This document shows, one piece after another, positions 43,477-59,600 of a stretch of DNA of 64,000 nucleotides; positions within the stretch are counted from its first letter, which is position 1, and each line of letters starts with the position of its first letter. The position numbers and the translations under genes were made by a program. The stretch is from Novakomyces olei (lineage: Eukaryota), in assembly GCA_016906335.1 (NCBI GenBank), contig JADEYG010000002.1, positions 62,001 through 126,000 of the forward strand. The letters are read 5' to 3'. The notes under the pieces are model-generated. The model was not told the DNA's origin. It ran no database searches and was given only the letters and a program-made list of their open reading frames with translations.

Positions 43477-45808
43477 TCAGTAACGCCGATTGCTCCAAGC
43501 ATGTTCCTTCAAATACTCTGGTCCTCCTTCTGACCATTCTGCTCGCGTCATCATTACTTGTGCACTTTCAGCAGGACTCATTTTACTAATCCATTCGTTT
43601 GCACCTCGCCAGGCATCCAGCCCCGGATCACGAGCTCTAAAAACACGCACAGGTACGTCGACGGGGGTAATTGCTCTCAATTCCGTTGCAATACGCGTAT
43701 CGAGCCCGGGCCATAGAGTATTACGGCCGGCCAGGTGTACATTACCACACAGGGCAGTATAGGCATTGGGAATAGCACCGCTCTGTAAAATGTACCGCGC
43801 AATTTCCACGACTGATGCCTGATCCAATCCTCCCAAGCTGGGCTGTAGCAACCCTGCTTCTGGAACTCTGATCCGCTCGACGTTTAAGTGCAACTGATGC
43901 GTTTGAGCTGCATCTCCTTCATCAAAAGCATCGACCCCATAACGAAAAGCATAGAGCAAAGACTTTTTCGGATCGTTCTGGCCAGCAAGTGTCATTGAAT
44001 CATCAAAGGCCGAATCGTTTTCCAGTAATTGCTCTTCAATCTCTTCTATCTGGCTCGTTAGTTTGGCCTCTTCATCGCCCTCGTCTTCGTTATTGATCTC
44101 TCTATAAACTCCCCAGTCAGCGTCATCGGCCCCAAAGGTATCCTCCTCGCCCCTTTTGCGTTTAGACCTAACATTGCCTGCTGATGAAGGCAAATCACCG
44201 GGATTGTTTCCCGCCAGAGAAGCTAGTGATCTCATCCTTTGCTGGCTCGAGGCAGATTTACGATCGCCTATTTCAAGTTTGGCTCTTTGTCTTTCTTTAA
44301 GCTGTGCATACAACTTATTGCGCTCTTCATGGCGAGTTGCGAGCCATCTTTCACGTTCATTCAAACGCATATGCTCGTCTGCTGCACGTTCTGCTTCCTG
44401 TCGAGCCCGCTCTGCTTCCTTTTCCGCCTTTATTTTCTGCCGGGAGTCATAACTGGCCTTCAACAGTTTCTGCTGTCGTTTCTGCTTTAAGCCTTCAGCG
44501 TCTAATTCCTCGTCTGGAACATCAACAAGAGGGAAGGAAGGCGGGGTTGGATCATCTTCTTCCCGTTTGGATCGCTTAACATTCGCATCTAGCCGTTTCA
44601 TTTCCGCTGCCATTTCTGCCTCTGTCCCAAACCCTTCAAAAGAAATTTGTCCCAGATACTCGTCCGGCTCCATTGTGTCCTTGCCTTCTAGTATCTGCTT
44701 GTACCTCTGTATCAGGTCCAGACGCTGCTGCAGCCTCTCCGCCCTTAATTCCGCTTGATGAGCCTGTAATTTGAGACCAGCCGCTCGACGTTTTTCCGCC
44801 TGCGCTCGTAGCTGCTCCTCTGACTTTGCTGGAGCAGCTGCAGCTTCAACATAGGGGAACTGGATTATTCTGTCTTTTTCTTGCAAGCAAGAAGGAGAGA
44901 GGTAGTCCGCCAGTTCATCCGCGTAATTCTGAGAAACGTAGCAATGCTCATGTGCAATTAACTCGGCTTGCGTTGGAGTCACTTTGGTCGGAAAAGCCGG
45001 GTACTTGAGCTGCAAAAGCCGTAGCAAGTACTCTGTGTGGTTCCATCCGCCCCATAGCAGCCTTTTAGTCTGTGACAAAAGGCCCTGTGCATCAAAAACA
45101 GGAATCACGTGAGTAGAATGATGGCCAGAAGATATTACGAGCCCAGAATTTGAAGCTTCTGGGCCTGCACCAGCAGCCGCAGCAGCGTGCCTGTTGGAAT
45201 AAAACGAATAAAGAGCATCAATTCCATAAGCGACACTGGGAGCTCCGTACAGCTCAAACAGCAGCTCAGACATTTGGTTCCGGGCATGATAGGGATTACA
45301 AACAGGCTCGGTCATTACGATAGGATGATCTACATTTTGATGCTTTATTCCCATTTTGATCCATGTGTAATCCAAGATTCCCTCCATAACCTCCCAATTA
45401 GCAATAATGTTGCCTTCAAAGGGCGATCGACCCGCGCTATGAGCTCCAGGCTCGATCCACGTATCGTTTCCAACCAGAGTTAGAGTTCGAGTTGCTTTAC
45501 GCGGCCGGTAACGCGAATGAATACTATCGAAAACGAGACCAGGATCAGTCGTATCGCCCGCGTAACCGGCTCGAACCTGGCTCGATCCTAGACAGTCAGC
45601 CTGCTGTATCTTTGCATTCATTTCATTGTAATTGTAAATTAATTCTCATTGTAATTGTCTTTTGCCATCTGTTAATCCTGTTTGTAGCATCGCAGCACCG
45701 TGATCTCATACCATTGTCGATGACAATTGGCACATTGTCACCGGGTTCCGTGAGTTTTCGCGTTACTCCGGGGAAGGTTTGTTCCGGAACATTGTATACG
45801 TGCGCCAT
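43477..45808 (-). CDS. ARP5: Actin-related protein 5 (INO80 complex)
   Basis: PIVIDNG|SSQVRAG, ELLFELYGAPSVAYGID, charged insertion with DTFGADDADWGVYR, LNVERIRVPE. One 5' intron. Confidence 0.93.
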
Positions 45809-46340
45809 CAGGGCTTTGCTTGGGATTTATGCGGTCCAAATCATGCTCTGGATAGAGTTGGCACTGCAATAAGCGTCGCTGCTATAATCGCAGGTATAGG
45901 TGTATATATTTATTGTATATATTATTGTATATATTATTGTAATATCAGCATTTACAAAAATAATTAAATAATGGATATTTGATTATACCCAAACTTTACA
46001 CACGTCACGATTCGAGCGCGTGGTAATAGATTTTTTACGCTATGTTTACCTATAGAACTTGAACCCGACTCGGTCGTTGGGTCTTATGGCCATGTGCCCC
46101 GACTGGAAAGAATGGACAGGAAAATAGCTTTACGTATTATACATTGCGTATACTAGCTACATTCGAATGCGTACTCTGTTCAAGTCTGGCCGAGTGCATC
46201 GGTAAATTTACAATGTCAACAAAAACATAGACAACCATTGCAAAACGTTAAAAATATGGACGTAGCCGGCATAAATCAAAATCATAAATCAAAATCATAA
46301 ATCAAAATTTATTGTTGTACATTGCATCTAAACACCCGTT

Positions 46341-47723
46341 TTAGCGGGCTGCTTCCAAATCTGATATTAAACCGTCGTCGCTAGCGCCCTCAACAGCATC
46401 CAAGATACCGGGATATTCGTCACTATCGGCGGAAGAACGAGGCCGCGCTGAACTAGTACTGTCGCGATATTCGTGACTATGCCTCAAACGCAAACTCGCC
46501 TCCTCTTCCAATCGGCGAGACATGCGCTCTGCCCGCTTGTAAATGAGGAAACTAGTAGCAGCACCTAGCAAGAGGCCGACTGCTATTGAAGACCAGTTGA
46601 GCAGTTTCATTTTGAATCCCATCTCCGGGTTCTGACTCAGGGACTTTAGTCTTGATCCCACAAAGGTGTGAAGGAAAAGCTAAAAGTTAGGAGGGCTCTA
46701 TTACAAATTGCTTTCATTCACATTATTTAATCCTAGATTCGTCGTATTTTTTTGTGTCCCAAAACAAATTGGAAAGTGTATTCTCCAAAGCTTACCTTTG
46801 GTGTAGACAAGGCTGTTGCTAGAACAAAGTTAAACGGTGTAACCGTCGGAATTGCTGCCAGCGCTCCATTTGATAAACTAAAAGGAAACGGACATAATCG
46901 AATAAGCACAAGTAGCCCAAGTCCATCAGACTTCACTGTAAGAGCCACTGCAGCAAAATTCTTGTTCGTGTGTGTGAGTTGTTTGGCATAATCGCTAAAC
47001 AAATGCCGGCAAAGCATGAATGCCCCAAAAGCGCCGAGAACCTGACGCGATCAATAACGGCTTTTTATGCAACTTAAATATATGAGTTTTTCCCCTTTTG
47101 TATTCCCTTTATTTGCATCTTTGTGTTTCTTTTTCCAAGAGGAGAGCTTACAGTCGTTAACGATGACATGAACCAGCCGTCAGGCAGCCCATAAACAAAC
47201 CCTGTAAACTGTTATGATTAGAATGCGTGTCCAGATTAGTCTGCTTACCGTCATAACGGAAGAATACCCCACCATTGGGGGAAAGCAAGAAATTAGGGAT
47301 ATCACGGCAATCAATAACCATCCTGCTGGCATCGCCCTGGATGTATTAGTCCGATAAGAGATACAGGGAAAGAAAATGGTGGACGGAGCAATAGCATAGA
47401 TTAATGTGGAACAAAGAATGGGCTGAAATCAAATTGCATAGCATTTGATAATAGGTGACGTGAAAAACGAGAGATACGCACCGAATACGCACGGATAGCG
47501 GATCCAAAAAGCCGAAGATGGTACTGTAACTTGTTAGTCTGTATGTTTTCAGGAATTCGTACTTGTGAAAAATAACAAATAGTAGCGTCGTCGTGAATCC
47601 AAAAGACGCAAATACAACAGCTACGATTCGAGCCTTGAGTGGTAATAGCTGCCAAGAATCGTAAGCGGATTGAGCCCGTTCCCGGGCTTTGGCCAGCGAC
47701 ATTCCACGCCAAAACAGAGCCAT
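46341..47723 (-). CDS. TVP38: Golgi membrane protein Tvp38 (DedA/SNARE-associated family), multi-exon
   Basis: FPPMVGYS, FAAVALTVKSDGLGLLVLIRLCPFPFSLSNG and LATALSTPK in successive exons. Confidence 0.8.
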
Positions 47724-48073
47724 TGATTTTGTTTAGGGAATTACTGGATAAAAAACAGCTTTTCACGATTTTTGGACTGTTTCTACTCCAAAACTGATCT
47801 TATATTTGATCAGCTCCTCGTCTTGTTCATACTTTTGCGGTTCGAGTGTTGGTATAAAATGATAATGTAATTGTTTGAATTTAATACAGGGCGCCACTTC
47901 AAAGCCGATAATGACACTGTACTCTCTACATTTACACACATTTAAACGGTGGGAAATTCGCAGCAATATCGGGGCTATGTGCACTACTAAACGCCGACTT
48001 GTTAGTCAAGCATAGATGCCCGATACCCATGTGACAGCCGTTAAATAACGTTCGAGAGCTAATATAAAGGCTA

Positions 48074-48108
<35 letters not shown>

Positions 48109-48461
48109 TTATATTATTTCGAATCCTGTACAATTATACCGTATCAAACGTGGTACAGATTGCTTGCTGCTGATGAAATACGTAGTAACGAGGCCTTAGC
48201 AGCAAAGCATTCTAATGGATTTAATGTGGCGACTGTATGGTACTCAATAAAAGGCAAATATAATTTTGGTTTTATATAAACCATCTTTACCCGCTCCTTT
48301 ACCCGCCCCGCCCACTTAACAACTCGTTTCGTCGTTATTGGTAATAATGATTTCGTCATTCGGAGAATAGATACACCATTGCGTAAAAAAGACGTCGCGC
48401 CTCTTCCCGCGCTCCCCAATCAAATCTCACAAACATCTAAACGCCTTGACCTGCTTTTACA

Positions 48462-49612
48462 ATGGCACCTACTTTCGATCCAAAGAACATGATTTTTCGT
48501 AACTTGGGACCCACAGGTCTTAAAGTCTCGGCGCTGTCTCTTGGCGGATGGTAAATTGCCCTTGATTGATCACAAGCAGCACTAACCCACATTCAGGCTT
48601 ACGTATGGTAACGGCCAATCTGGAGTAGACCTGACAAAGAAATGTCTTGAAACTGCTTGGAATCATGGCATCAACTATTTTGATACTGCGTATGTACAAG
48701 TTCACTGAGGCAAGGCCTTTTTTGTATTTTTTTCCCGCCTTTTTTTCAGTTTTAGCTAATCCTAAAAGCGAATCTTATGCTAAGGGCGAGTCGGAAAAAG
48801 TTATGGGCGAAGCCATCAAACAATTGGGCTGGAAACGCGAAGACTACGTTTTGTCCACAAAGCTTTTTTTTGGCACAGGCGGATCTCCCCCGAATGCGAC
48901 TGGTTTGTCTCGTAAGCATCTGGTAGAAGGCCTACGAGCTTCCTTGAAGCGATTGCAACAAGACTATGTGGACATTGTCTTTTGTCATCGTCCCGATGGC
49001 TCTACCCCAATGGAGGAGATTGTTCGTACTTTTACCCAGTTCATAGCGGAGGGGCGTGTCCTATACTGGGGCACTTCTGAATGGTCTGCCTTCGATATCG
49101 AGCATGCTCATCATATAGCCGATCGCTATAGCTTGGTGGCCCCTGTAGTGGAACAGCCGCAGTACAACTTGTTTCATCGTGAACGTTTTGAGGCAGAATA
49201 TGAGCCGCTGTATCAGTTGTACCGTTACGGAACGACAATCTGGTCGCCCTTGGCTGGTGGATTACTTACGGGAAAGTACAATGACGGAATTCCGGCTGGT
49301 TCAAGGTTTGAGTCGGCGTGGAAACGTGGAGCCGATTTCTTGGAGACAGAGGAAGGGCGTGCTCGTATCGAAAAGGTACGGAAACTTACCAAAGTAGCAG
49401 ACCGTTTGAAAACGTCAACTGCAGTTCTTTCGCTGGCTTGGGCTCTCGCCAACGAGCGCGTAAGTACTATCATTCTGGGCGCCTCAAAGCCGGAGCAAGT
49501 AACGGAAAATGTTAAAGCTCTCGAGATACTGCCTCTCCTGACGCCGGAAGTGCTGGCTGAGATTGATGAGATTGCGGGCAACAAACCCGATATTCCCACT
49601 TATCGATACTAG
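48462..49612 (+). CDS. Aldo-keto reductase, Kv-beta-like subfamily (two 5' introns)
   Basis: [79 protein letters not shown]. Confidence 0.93.
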
Positions 49613-50393
49613 AAAAGTCTTTTGTCCATAGTGTACAAATGGAATATTGTCCCTCTTATGTTAAAGGCCAGTTGTCTCTTGGTATAGTGTATTTAATGGC
49701 AAGAGATTTTACTCAATAGCCAAAATTTAAGGAAGAATTTCGTGTTTTATGGAAAACAGGTAAAAACACCAAAAAATAAGCAGATAGAATAAAAGATTGA
49801 ATGAATTAAAAAAACGGAGAGCCGCAAAAAATATTAAGGGATCTAGAAAATTATCAATAATTAGGGCTATCAATATGGAGCAGACGATTGGATAATTGTT
49901 TTTTCACTACCAGAATAAGATGAGAAAATGATTGGCTCGCAAGAGGCCTGAGCTTTCTTTGCTTAAACTTTGCAAATTTCATTAATACAATACAGAACGC
50001 ATTGCTTTTAGTTTAAATTTGCTCTTTAAGAGAAAAAATGCCGCAAACTACAATTACGATATGTTTCTTATATTTAACTTTTGTATGATAGAACTTAAGC
50101 GCAATAGATGATGTGCTTATTTTATACAAGTTTCGGTCTTCTAAATTAGTCATTTGCGACTGTCAACTTATCATATATTTAGTTGCCGAAAGCTAATTTC
50201 TGATCGGCTCTCTGCTGTCAACAAACGCAACGCTCATTGATTGCGGGCACTGCTTGAATATAAACCCTAACCCTATTTAATTGTTTATTATCAATTTGAA
50301 ATCACTCGGCTGTTGTGAAAGTATATTAATTAATTACAAGTCTTTTAAATTATTAGATCATGCTTATAACGAACTACAAACCGTCTCCACAAA

Positions 50394-51414
<1,021 letters not shown>

Positions 51415-51718
51415 TAATGAAACTTTGTGCGCTGGCGAAGTATATATCATACCGCGTCGAAATAGATTGTGAGACTTAAACACAAGACGCCAAATTGGCT
51501 AGCGAAACTCGGCGGGATCATACAAATAGAGTTAGTAGGCAAAGCGTGTTTGTGGGCGCTTTGATCCGCAACATGATGGGTAAAGAGTTTATTGGCAAAA
51601 TTCAGAGCTAGAATGCCATTTGCACTCGAGTGCCACTATCACTTTAATTCTTACTCTAAATCGAATTTTTAATTGCAAATTATCGGGAAACAGTTCCATT
51701 CGCAAACTATGGCAGTCT

Positions 51719-52972
51719 CTACGAAGTTTTGTGCAAAAGAGTAGCGGACGCCTGATGATTTGGGAAAATAAGCGTCTAAATAGTTGTTAGCGTAGGTTAC
51801 ATAACAAATTAGTCATACGTCAGCAATAACAACATTTTCACGTCGTGAAACGGCGAAAACGATGAACTCGGCAATGTCCTTGCCTACAAGAGGCTCTGCG
51901 CCCTTATAAACAGCATCCGCTTTCTCCTTGGATCCGAGACGTACTGCCATTTGTTAGTTTAAATATCAATCTAAAATATTTTGGTTCTTCAATTTGCAAT
52001 GACTATTTTTAATTTCTTTTTTTCAATTTTTCGTTTTTTGATTTATAATTCTTCCTCTTGTATCAATCTTTTCCCATCATACCAATCGAAAACTCCGTCT
52101 CAACTTGACCAGGGTCGACTTCAATTACACGAATACGTGTGGAAATAAGTTCTTTGCGCAGCGATTCAGAAAACGACTATTTCATTAGACGGTACGGGGA
52201 TTTCAACGTACGCGAACAGCCGCCTTAGTAGCGCAATAAATAGAGCCGCCGATGTAAGGTTCGCGGCCAGCAATCGACCCAATATTAACAATATCGCCTC
52301 GTCCGCGAGCTTTCATTCCAGAAAGAACCAATTGCGTGAGCTGCAATTTAGTACTAATAGCGCTAATAACGGATGGATTACGTTGATCAATCCCAAAACA
52401 TTGGTCTGTTATTATTAGTAAGGTAAAATAAACGGTACATTTACCTGAAACATGGAAGCAGCGTTCTGAATATCGATCTCTCCAACTTTATCCACACCGA
52501 CAACGTAGCCACTGCCAGGTTTGTAAGCAAAAACTGAGACTCTTTCAAAAGTATAATCAGTGCAGATTTGTTTCCGATGGCAATTCAACAACGATGCCAA
52601 ACCAAAAGAAAAAGAAAAAAACCATCAAGTCTTGTGTAATGACGTACGCATTGTTTACCAGAATATCGATCTCGGCAAATTCCGCAGGCAAGCTTTTAAA
52701 AGTGGTGGCAACTTCGTCAAGGCGCGAGACGTCAAGCTTAACTGGGAGCGCTTTCACGCCATATTTCGCCTTCAATTCCTCGGCCAGCTTTTGTACCTGT
52801 TCAAAGCGACGCGCGGCTAACAACAGCTTAACTGAACCATCGAATTCCGCTAATTCGATGGCTGTATCTTTGCCAATGCCGCTGAAAAAGTTAGATTGAT
52901 CAGAAGTCGAGTGCGATATTCGAACCTGGAAGCGCCTGTTACAAGGATCGTTTTATTGGCTAGACGGGTCAT
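51719..52972 (-). CDS. Short-chain dehydrogenase (YdfG/YMR226C-like), multi-exon
   Basis: [50 protein letters not shown]. Confidence 0.9.
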
Positions 52973-53129
52973 TGTCGGCAGGTGTTTAGTACGGATGGAG
53001 TACGTGATTATTATAAATTTATATTGTGGAGCAGGCAATCTCTGTGGGATAATGGATAATAGGGTGCGAGTAAATTCAAAGTAAATTTGAGTAAAAATAG
53101 AAATTAAAAAACGCACGTAAAATCTCGAG

Positions 53130-53398
<269 letters not shown>

Positions 53399-53468
53399 GC
53401 AGCGTGCCTACCCTCCATCTTTCTACCGGCGGCGGGCACCTCTGGTGCACCGTACCGAGTCCTTTACG

Positions 53469-56400
53469 ATGACGAGCCAAAGCGATATGAAAGGCTTACA
53501 GCTTTTCATCACGGATTTGCGCAATTCAAAATCCCGAGACGCGGAGGAGCGGCGCATCAATACGGAACTCGCGAAAATGCGAGCAAAATTCAAAGACGCA
53601 AAACTAGACGCGTACCAGAGACGAAAATACATTTGCAAGGTAGCCCTGTCTTCATTTAACTAATTATGCTGACGTCGTAGCTGCTGTATATCTATATACT
53701 GGGATGGCCAATTACATTCGGACATTTGGAAGCTGTAAATATGCTCAATAGCAATACTTATAGTGAAAAACAGATCGGCTATCTCGCAGTTACGCTGCTG
53801 TTAAATGAGCGCAGCGATCTGACGAATTTAGTGGTCAATTCTATTCAAAAGGATTTGAACAGTAACAACGATGTTTTTAATTGTTTAGCCTTGCACGCCA
53901 TCGCCAACATCGGCAGCCGGGAGATGGCGGAAACTCTGGCACCTACAGTTCAATCGCTGCTAATATCTCCGTATGCATTAAAAAGAAAAAATTTGTGGCA
54001 AAAGTTTGGCAGAGATTTTGGAAGAGGCTGTCATATTGTTTATTTTAAATTTTTGATTTCATTTAATACATTCTTATTATATACATTTTGTTTGATCAGT
54101 TTTCGCTAACACAACAGAACTTCCGAGACGTTCGTAATGAAAAAGGCAGCCTTAACACTTTTACGGCTGCACCGCAAGTTTTCTGACGTGGTGCAAGTAC
54201 AATGGGCCGAGCGTATAATTCCCTTGATGGACCATCCGGACCTTGGAGTAACGCTCTCTGTAACCACTTTAGTGTTGGCTCTGGTACATGAAAATCGAGC
54301 AGCTTATGCTGCGAGCTATTCTCGTGCCTTGAATCGTTTGAATCGTATTGTTGTGGGCAAAGTGTACGATTCAGATTCTCTTTATTATAAAATTCCATCG
54401 CCCTGGCTACAAGTCAAATTGCTCCGAATATTACAATGCTATCCTGCCCCGACTGATCCGTCACTGCGAAACACATTAACTAAAGTCTTGGAGACCCTGT
54501 TTGGCATGTACCGTACCAACGTGCATAATGTACAGCAAAACAATGCATTAAATGCTATTTTTATTGAGGCCATTAACGTGGCTATGCTGTTATCAGAGGA
54601 TGATATTGTAAGGAAAGCAGGATCGCTTTTGGGACATTTCATTTCGTCCAAGGAAACAAACATTCGATACCTTGGCTTGGAAGGAATGGTGCGACTTGCT
54701 TCCGTTCCTCAATTGGATAAAGTATTTAGAGTACATGAACAATTGATTCTCGCTTCTCTACGAGATCGAGATGTGAGTATAAGAAGGAAAGCTTTGGACG
54801 TTGCTTTTAGTATTTGTAATGCTTCAAATGCCAAATTAATTGTTCACGAATTGGTGACATTGCTTTCCGTCACTGAAAAGTCGGCACGCGATGACATTGC
54901 TGTCAAAGTGGCTATACTGACAGAGTCGTTTGCCACCGATCCAAAATGGTAAAAACAATTATGTTCAAAATTATTTAAATGACGTTATTTTTAACAATTT
55001 AGGTACATTGACATTATGCTTTCCTTAATAATTGTGGCTGGCGATCATATCCCGGAGGAAATGTGGCAGCGTGTTGTCCAAATTGTTATGAGTAACGAAG
55101 AGCTTGAGCCTTATACGGCGACTTCCATTATGCGGCTGCTTCGTCGGGATATTGCACATGAGTATATAATAAAAATTGGGGGTTATGTGCTCGGTGAGTT
55201 TGGCCATTTAGTAGCAGGCGAGCCAGGGTGCTCACCGGAAGAGCAGTTTGATACATTGAACTCAAAATTTGGGATCTGTAGCAATGCTACCCGCGCCCTT
55301 CTGCTTTCCACATACCTGAAGTTTTATAATTTGTTCCCAGAGATTCGGTCTAGGGTTAGGGCCGTACTCGTTGAGCATACGAGGTCAATCGAACCAGAGC
55401 TGCAGCAACGAGCTTGCGAATACTTGGCCCTGTTAAAGCTAGGTGATGATGATCTTTTACGGGCAGTCTGTGAGGAAATGCCAGCTTACCCGAAAAAGCA
55501 GTCAGCTTTAATTTTGCGATTACAGGGCAGTACTGCTGGCAATGGAACTAGCAACGAAAATGGAGCTTTCAGCGGCAGTAGTACGTCCACTGAAGAATTC
55601 ATGAAACGTTCCAGTCTTGGTGCTACTTCTTTTGACAGGAAAAAGAGTCTGTCCCAGAAAAGAGCGTCCAAACTTTTCCTTGAAAACCTTGAACGGGCAT
55701 CACCTAAAAAGGCGGAAAGCAATGGAGGGTTGTCTGACCTGGGCTTCGGGTTAAGTCCGGGGCTTAAAGCGAACGGAGAATTTACAATTTCGTCCCCCTC
55801 AAAATTACCGTTAAATCCGAGCAATCAATCTGAAAACAACAATGCCTATAATAAAAACAAAGGCAATAATGCTATTGTCGGTGCATCGAGTCCGAGTATC
55901 CTAAACGATCTCGTCGGACTTGACCTGACTTCTCCGTCAAGCACCCAGAGCCCCATTCCAGCAACAGTGTCCCAGCAGCTCTCGAGCAAATGGGAAATCG
56001 GGTTCAAAAGGCTCCTGACTCGATCAGATGGGATTCTTTTCCAGGACGATCAGATTCGGATCGGTATCAGATCAAACTACAATGGCTGCAACGGCGAAAT
56101 GGAAATTTTCCTGAAAAATATGACGGGATCACGCTATACTTCCCTGGCAATTGAGACACTTTCTGGCAATAATAATAACAAATCTAATTACGGAGCAGAC
56201 GCCGTAGTGATTGCACAAAATATACCCTCAACAATTTTAGAGCCAAATGGATCTCAAGCCCAATCGTTTTCCATAACGGCAAAGACGGCAATTGCGGAAT
56301 CGCCACTCGTTAGAGTCTCTTATATAGCAGGCTCCTTTCAAGCCGTATTGCTCCGTCTCCCAATAACCCTGCACAAATTCCTGCAACCCGTAATGTCGCG

Positions 56401-56854
56401 AGACATAACGGCCGCGTCATTTTTCGAGCGATGGAAACATATTGGCGAAGCTGCAGATTCGGGCTCGCTCGAATGCCAAAAGATTTTTGGTGTCGAAATT
56501 CGGGGCAACCGGATTGATCCGTCCCGGTCACGTGACGTTTTACGTTTATTGAACTGGGGAATTCTTGATGATATTGACCCTAACCCTATAAACATCGTAG
56601 GCGCGGCGATTGTGAATACTCAAGAGAGCAAAATTGGGACAATGCTGCGGCTTGAGCCTAATTTGGATAAAATGGTGCGACTTTATTTCATACATTTATT
56701 TTTAATTTACATTTCTCTACAGATGCTTGCTTGAGTGCACATTGATACTAACTTGCAGATGTACCGTATAACCGTCCGGTCAACGGCTCCCGGAGTCAGC
56801 GAGATTTTGGTAAAAGATCTGGTCTTTCTTTTAGCCGACGGATACCCAGTGTAA
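53469..56854 (+). CDS. APL3: AP-2 adaptor complex alpha subunit, multi-exon
   Basis: MKGLQLFITDLRN, YSEKQIGYLA, PSPWLQVKLLRILQ, ETNIRYLGL, ELQQRACEY, appendage IDPNPINIVGA and LRLEPN. Confidence 0.95.
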
Positions 56855-57278
56855 ATTTTATGACTTGCTACCTTTTGTACAAATATTGAGCCAAAGATGT
56901 ATATTACCGTTGGTGCCATCAACATTGATCATTTAACGGTGATGCTCGAGGCACTTTGGAGTATATTGATTCATGTCATTCAAACTCGAATCATTGTGAC
57001 TATATTGATTCAGGGGATTGTTTTTTTCCCCATTTTCGGGCCGTACAGCTATCCATTAATCAGGGCCATCGCTACTACTCTATTCATTAGACTTGACGAG
57101 TTACGCATCAAATTTATGAAAACTCATAAAATATCATTCAACTGTTCGACTATATAATGTATCTAGCGACGAATAAACCATCATTCAATTTTCATTCTGT
57201 GACTGTATAACCATGCGGCCCTCAATGTATTACGAGTGTATCCCTTTTTGTCATTATTGTAGTTCTATTAAACATACA

Positions 57279-58959
57279 TTAATGATGACACCAAGGCCGG
57301 CAGCCATTCGGGTCGAGAACGGACGAACCAGTACACAGCAACTTTGCAATTGACGCGTTGCCTAAAAGGGATTTACACATGGGCCGATGCGGAACATCGA
57401 CATTATCAACAATTTCACGCTCAGCACCGGAAGCTCGCAAAGACTGGCTTTGACCAGTTGCGCGATTAAACGCGGCAGTTGTCTCTTCGTCGATCACATA
57501 CAGCTTCCAATCGAACCAGTAAAGACCATCGTGCTGATCCTTTAGATACTCGACGGCGTATCGGCACTGCACTCCGAGTTCTTGTCTGACTTTTTGGTAA
57601 ACTTGGCCCTTCCTTGAATCGGCTGGTTCATTACAAAGAGCCCGAAGGATTTCGGTACAGCCATCGACAAGATGATGGATCCATCCAGAGTTATCGATCC
57701 ATAGTCTGTCTCGCTCATTGTTTACCGTTTTATCATACAAATTTTCATTGTGATTAATCGCTGCTTCTGCCATATCCATTGCTTGGTTGATGTACGACTC
57801 GTCATGCGTTAATTTGTACAATAGGCAGAGGCCGTGCAGAGTTGCCCCAGTATTGTATGACAGCTGAACCGGGTCAACCACGAATTTGTGCTGGCTCTCG
57901 TCCCAATGGTAGTTGTCTGCAATAAGGCCGTTTGGCTGCTTGAGAACCCGAATGACCCAATCAATACATCTACGTCCAAATTCTTGCATTCCTTCTCTGT
58001 CTTGAATTTGGTGACAGGCTAAACGCAGCGCAGCGACACCGGCCGGTGCAGTTGAACATGCATTCATTCCTTCTGTTCTGTTTAGATGCCAATAGATTCC
58101 GCCTTCTTTTTTGTTCCATCCACCAAAGATGAAGCTTCGCATAACCGTTGCGCCTCTCTGCAAGAACTCTCGGTCCTGGGTCGCCTCGTACGCTGTTATC
58201 AGGGCGTTTATTATATGCTCGTTGTCGTCATAGTATAGATCGTCGTCCTGGAATTAGACGCGAATAACAAAACCCAAAAAAATGCAACGATAAAGAGACC
58301 ATTAAGCATAGCAAAAGCAAACAACAATATACTATAATTGACAAATAAAAAGCAAATAAATAGACAATAAATAGACAGAGCACGGAGCTAGAGAAATAGG
58401 GTATTAACGATATTGTCAAGGCATGTTGAAAACAAATTGCTTTACGGTCTCTGTTTATATTTTATTTATTTTAGTCTAGTTCCTGGCTTACCGCAGTAAT
58501 CCAAGCAGAGTATGCGCATCGATTCCAATTGTAATGCTTATTGATAGCCTCGTAAGCCATTTGCAGCTCTTTCCCCGTAGTGGGATTAGGATTATGCAGC
58601 ATTGCCTCGGCCAAGGCCGCCAGCATAATGCCTACTCTACCACATTAATCCATGTACTGCAGCACTAGAACTTACCCCCACACAAGGTACCCGTGCTCAT
58701 CGCCAATAGTCCCGTTGCAGGGCACTTTGGCACAAAACCGTCCGAGATCAGTGTTCCAAAAGTACACAAATGTGCGACTTGAGAGCTGGCAGCCTTCATC
58801 AAGCATCCAATTCTCCGTTATAGGGATCTTATTTTCGTCTAAATTAGGAGCCGAAAAGTGTTTTTGCACATGGCGAAACTCGTTCTGAGCTGTTCGATTG
58901 AACTTTTCGCGTAATTGGTCTTTGATTTGGCCTTTGAACTGATTCAACAATGCATCCAT
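57279..58959 (-). CDS. Glycoside hydrolase family 76-like protein, multi-exon
   Basis: LYYDDNEHIINAL, GGIYWH, NACSTAPAGVAALRL, SYNTGA. Confidence 0.75.
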
Positions 58960-59600
58960 TATCGATGACGTACGAAGGAGGATTATTTGGCACCGGAGTC
59001 GATTACGCACCGAGTTTGTGCAGCAATAGAGTTTGCACAGCAATAGAGTTTGACGCTAGACTGTAATTATTGCCTGATAAGGCTACGATACTCCAATTGT
59101 TGGGCTAAAATATAAAAGGGAGTTAACCCTGATTAAATTTAAGTGTATATTACTTGTCATTGTTAGTTTAGATAATATAAAGTTTAGATAAAATAAAGTT
59201 TAGATAAAATAAAGTTTAGATAAAAGGGTTTGATAACAACGGCAACAACCGCAATAACTGTGATCGCCATAATAACCCTAATTATATATTGCGTTGAGTA
59301 TAACAATTGTTACAGCTTTTGGCAGACTAAAATAAGGGTTTATGAATCGATGAATGTATGGCAATAATGTCTGCCGAGTTGAGGAAGGGAAACGTGACTC
59401 TTGATTTAGACTAAATAACCCAATAAAATTACACGGCCAATATCTTTATCTTTATTCAATGAGATTTTGTGTGGAGCATATTGCAGCCAGTCATCATTTT
59501 AAATTTATAAAACGCGTTACCGACAGGTCGACTTCTCAAAAACTAAATTACAATATATATATATCATTCTCTATGCTTATTTATAATCCCACGATGCATA

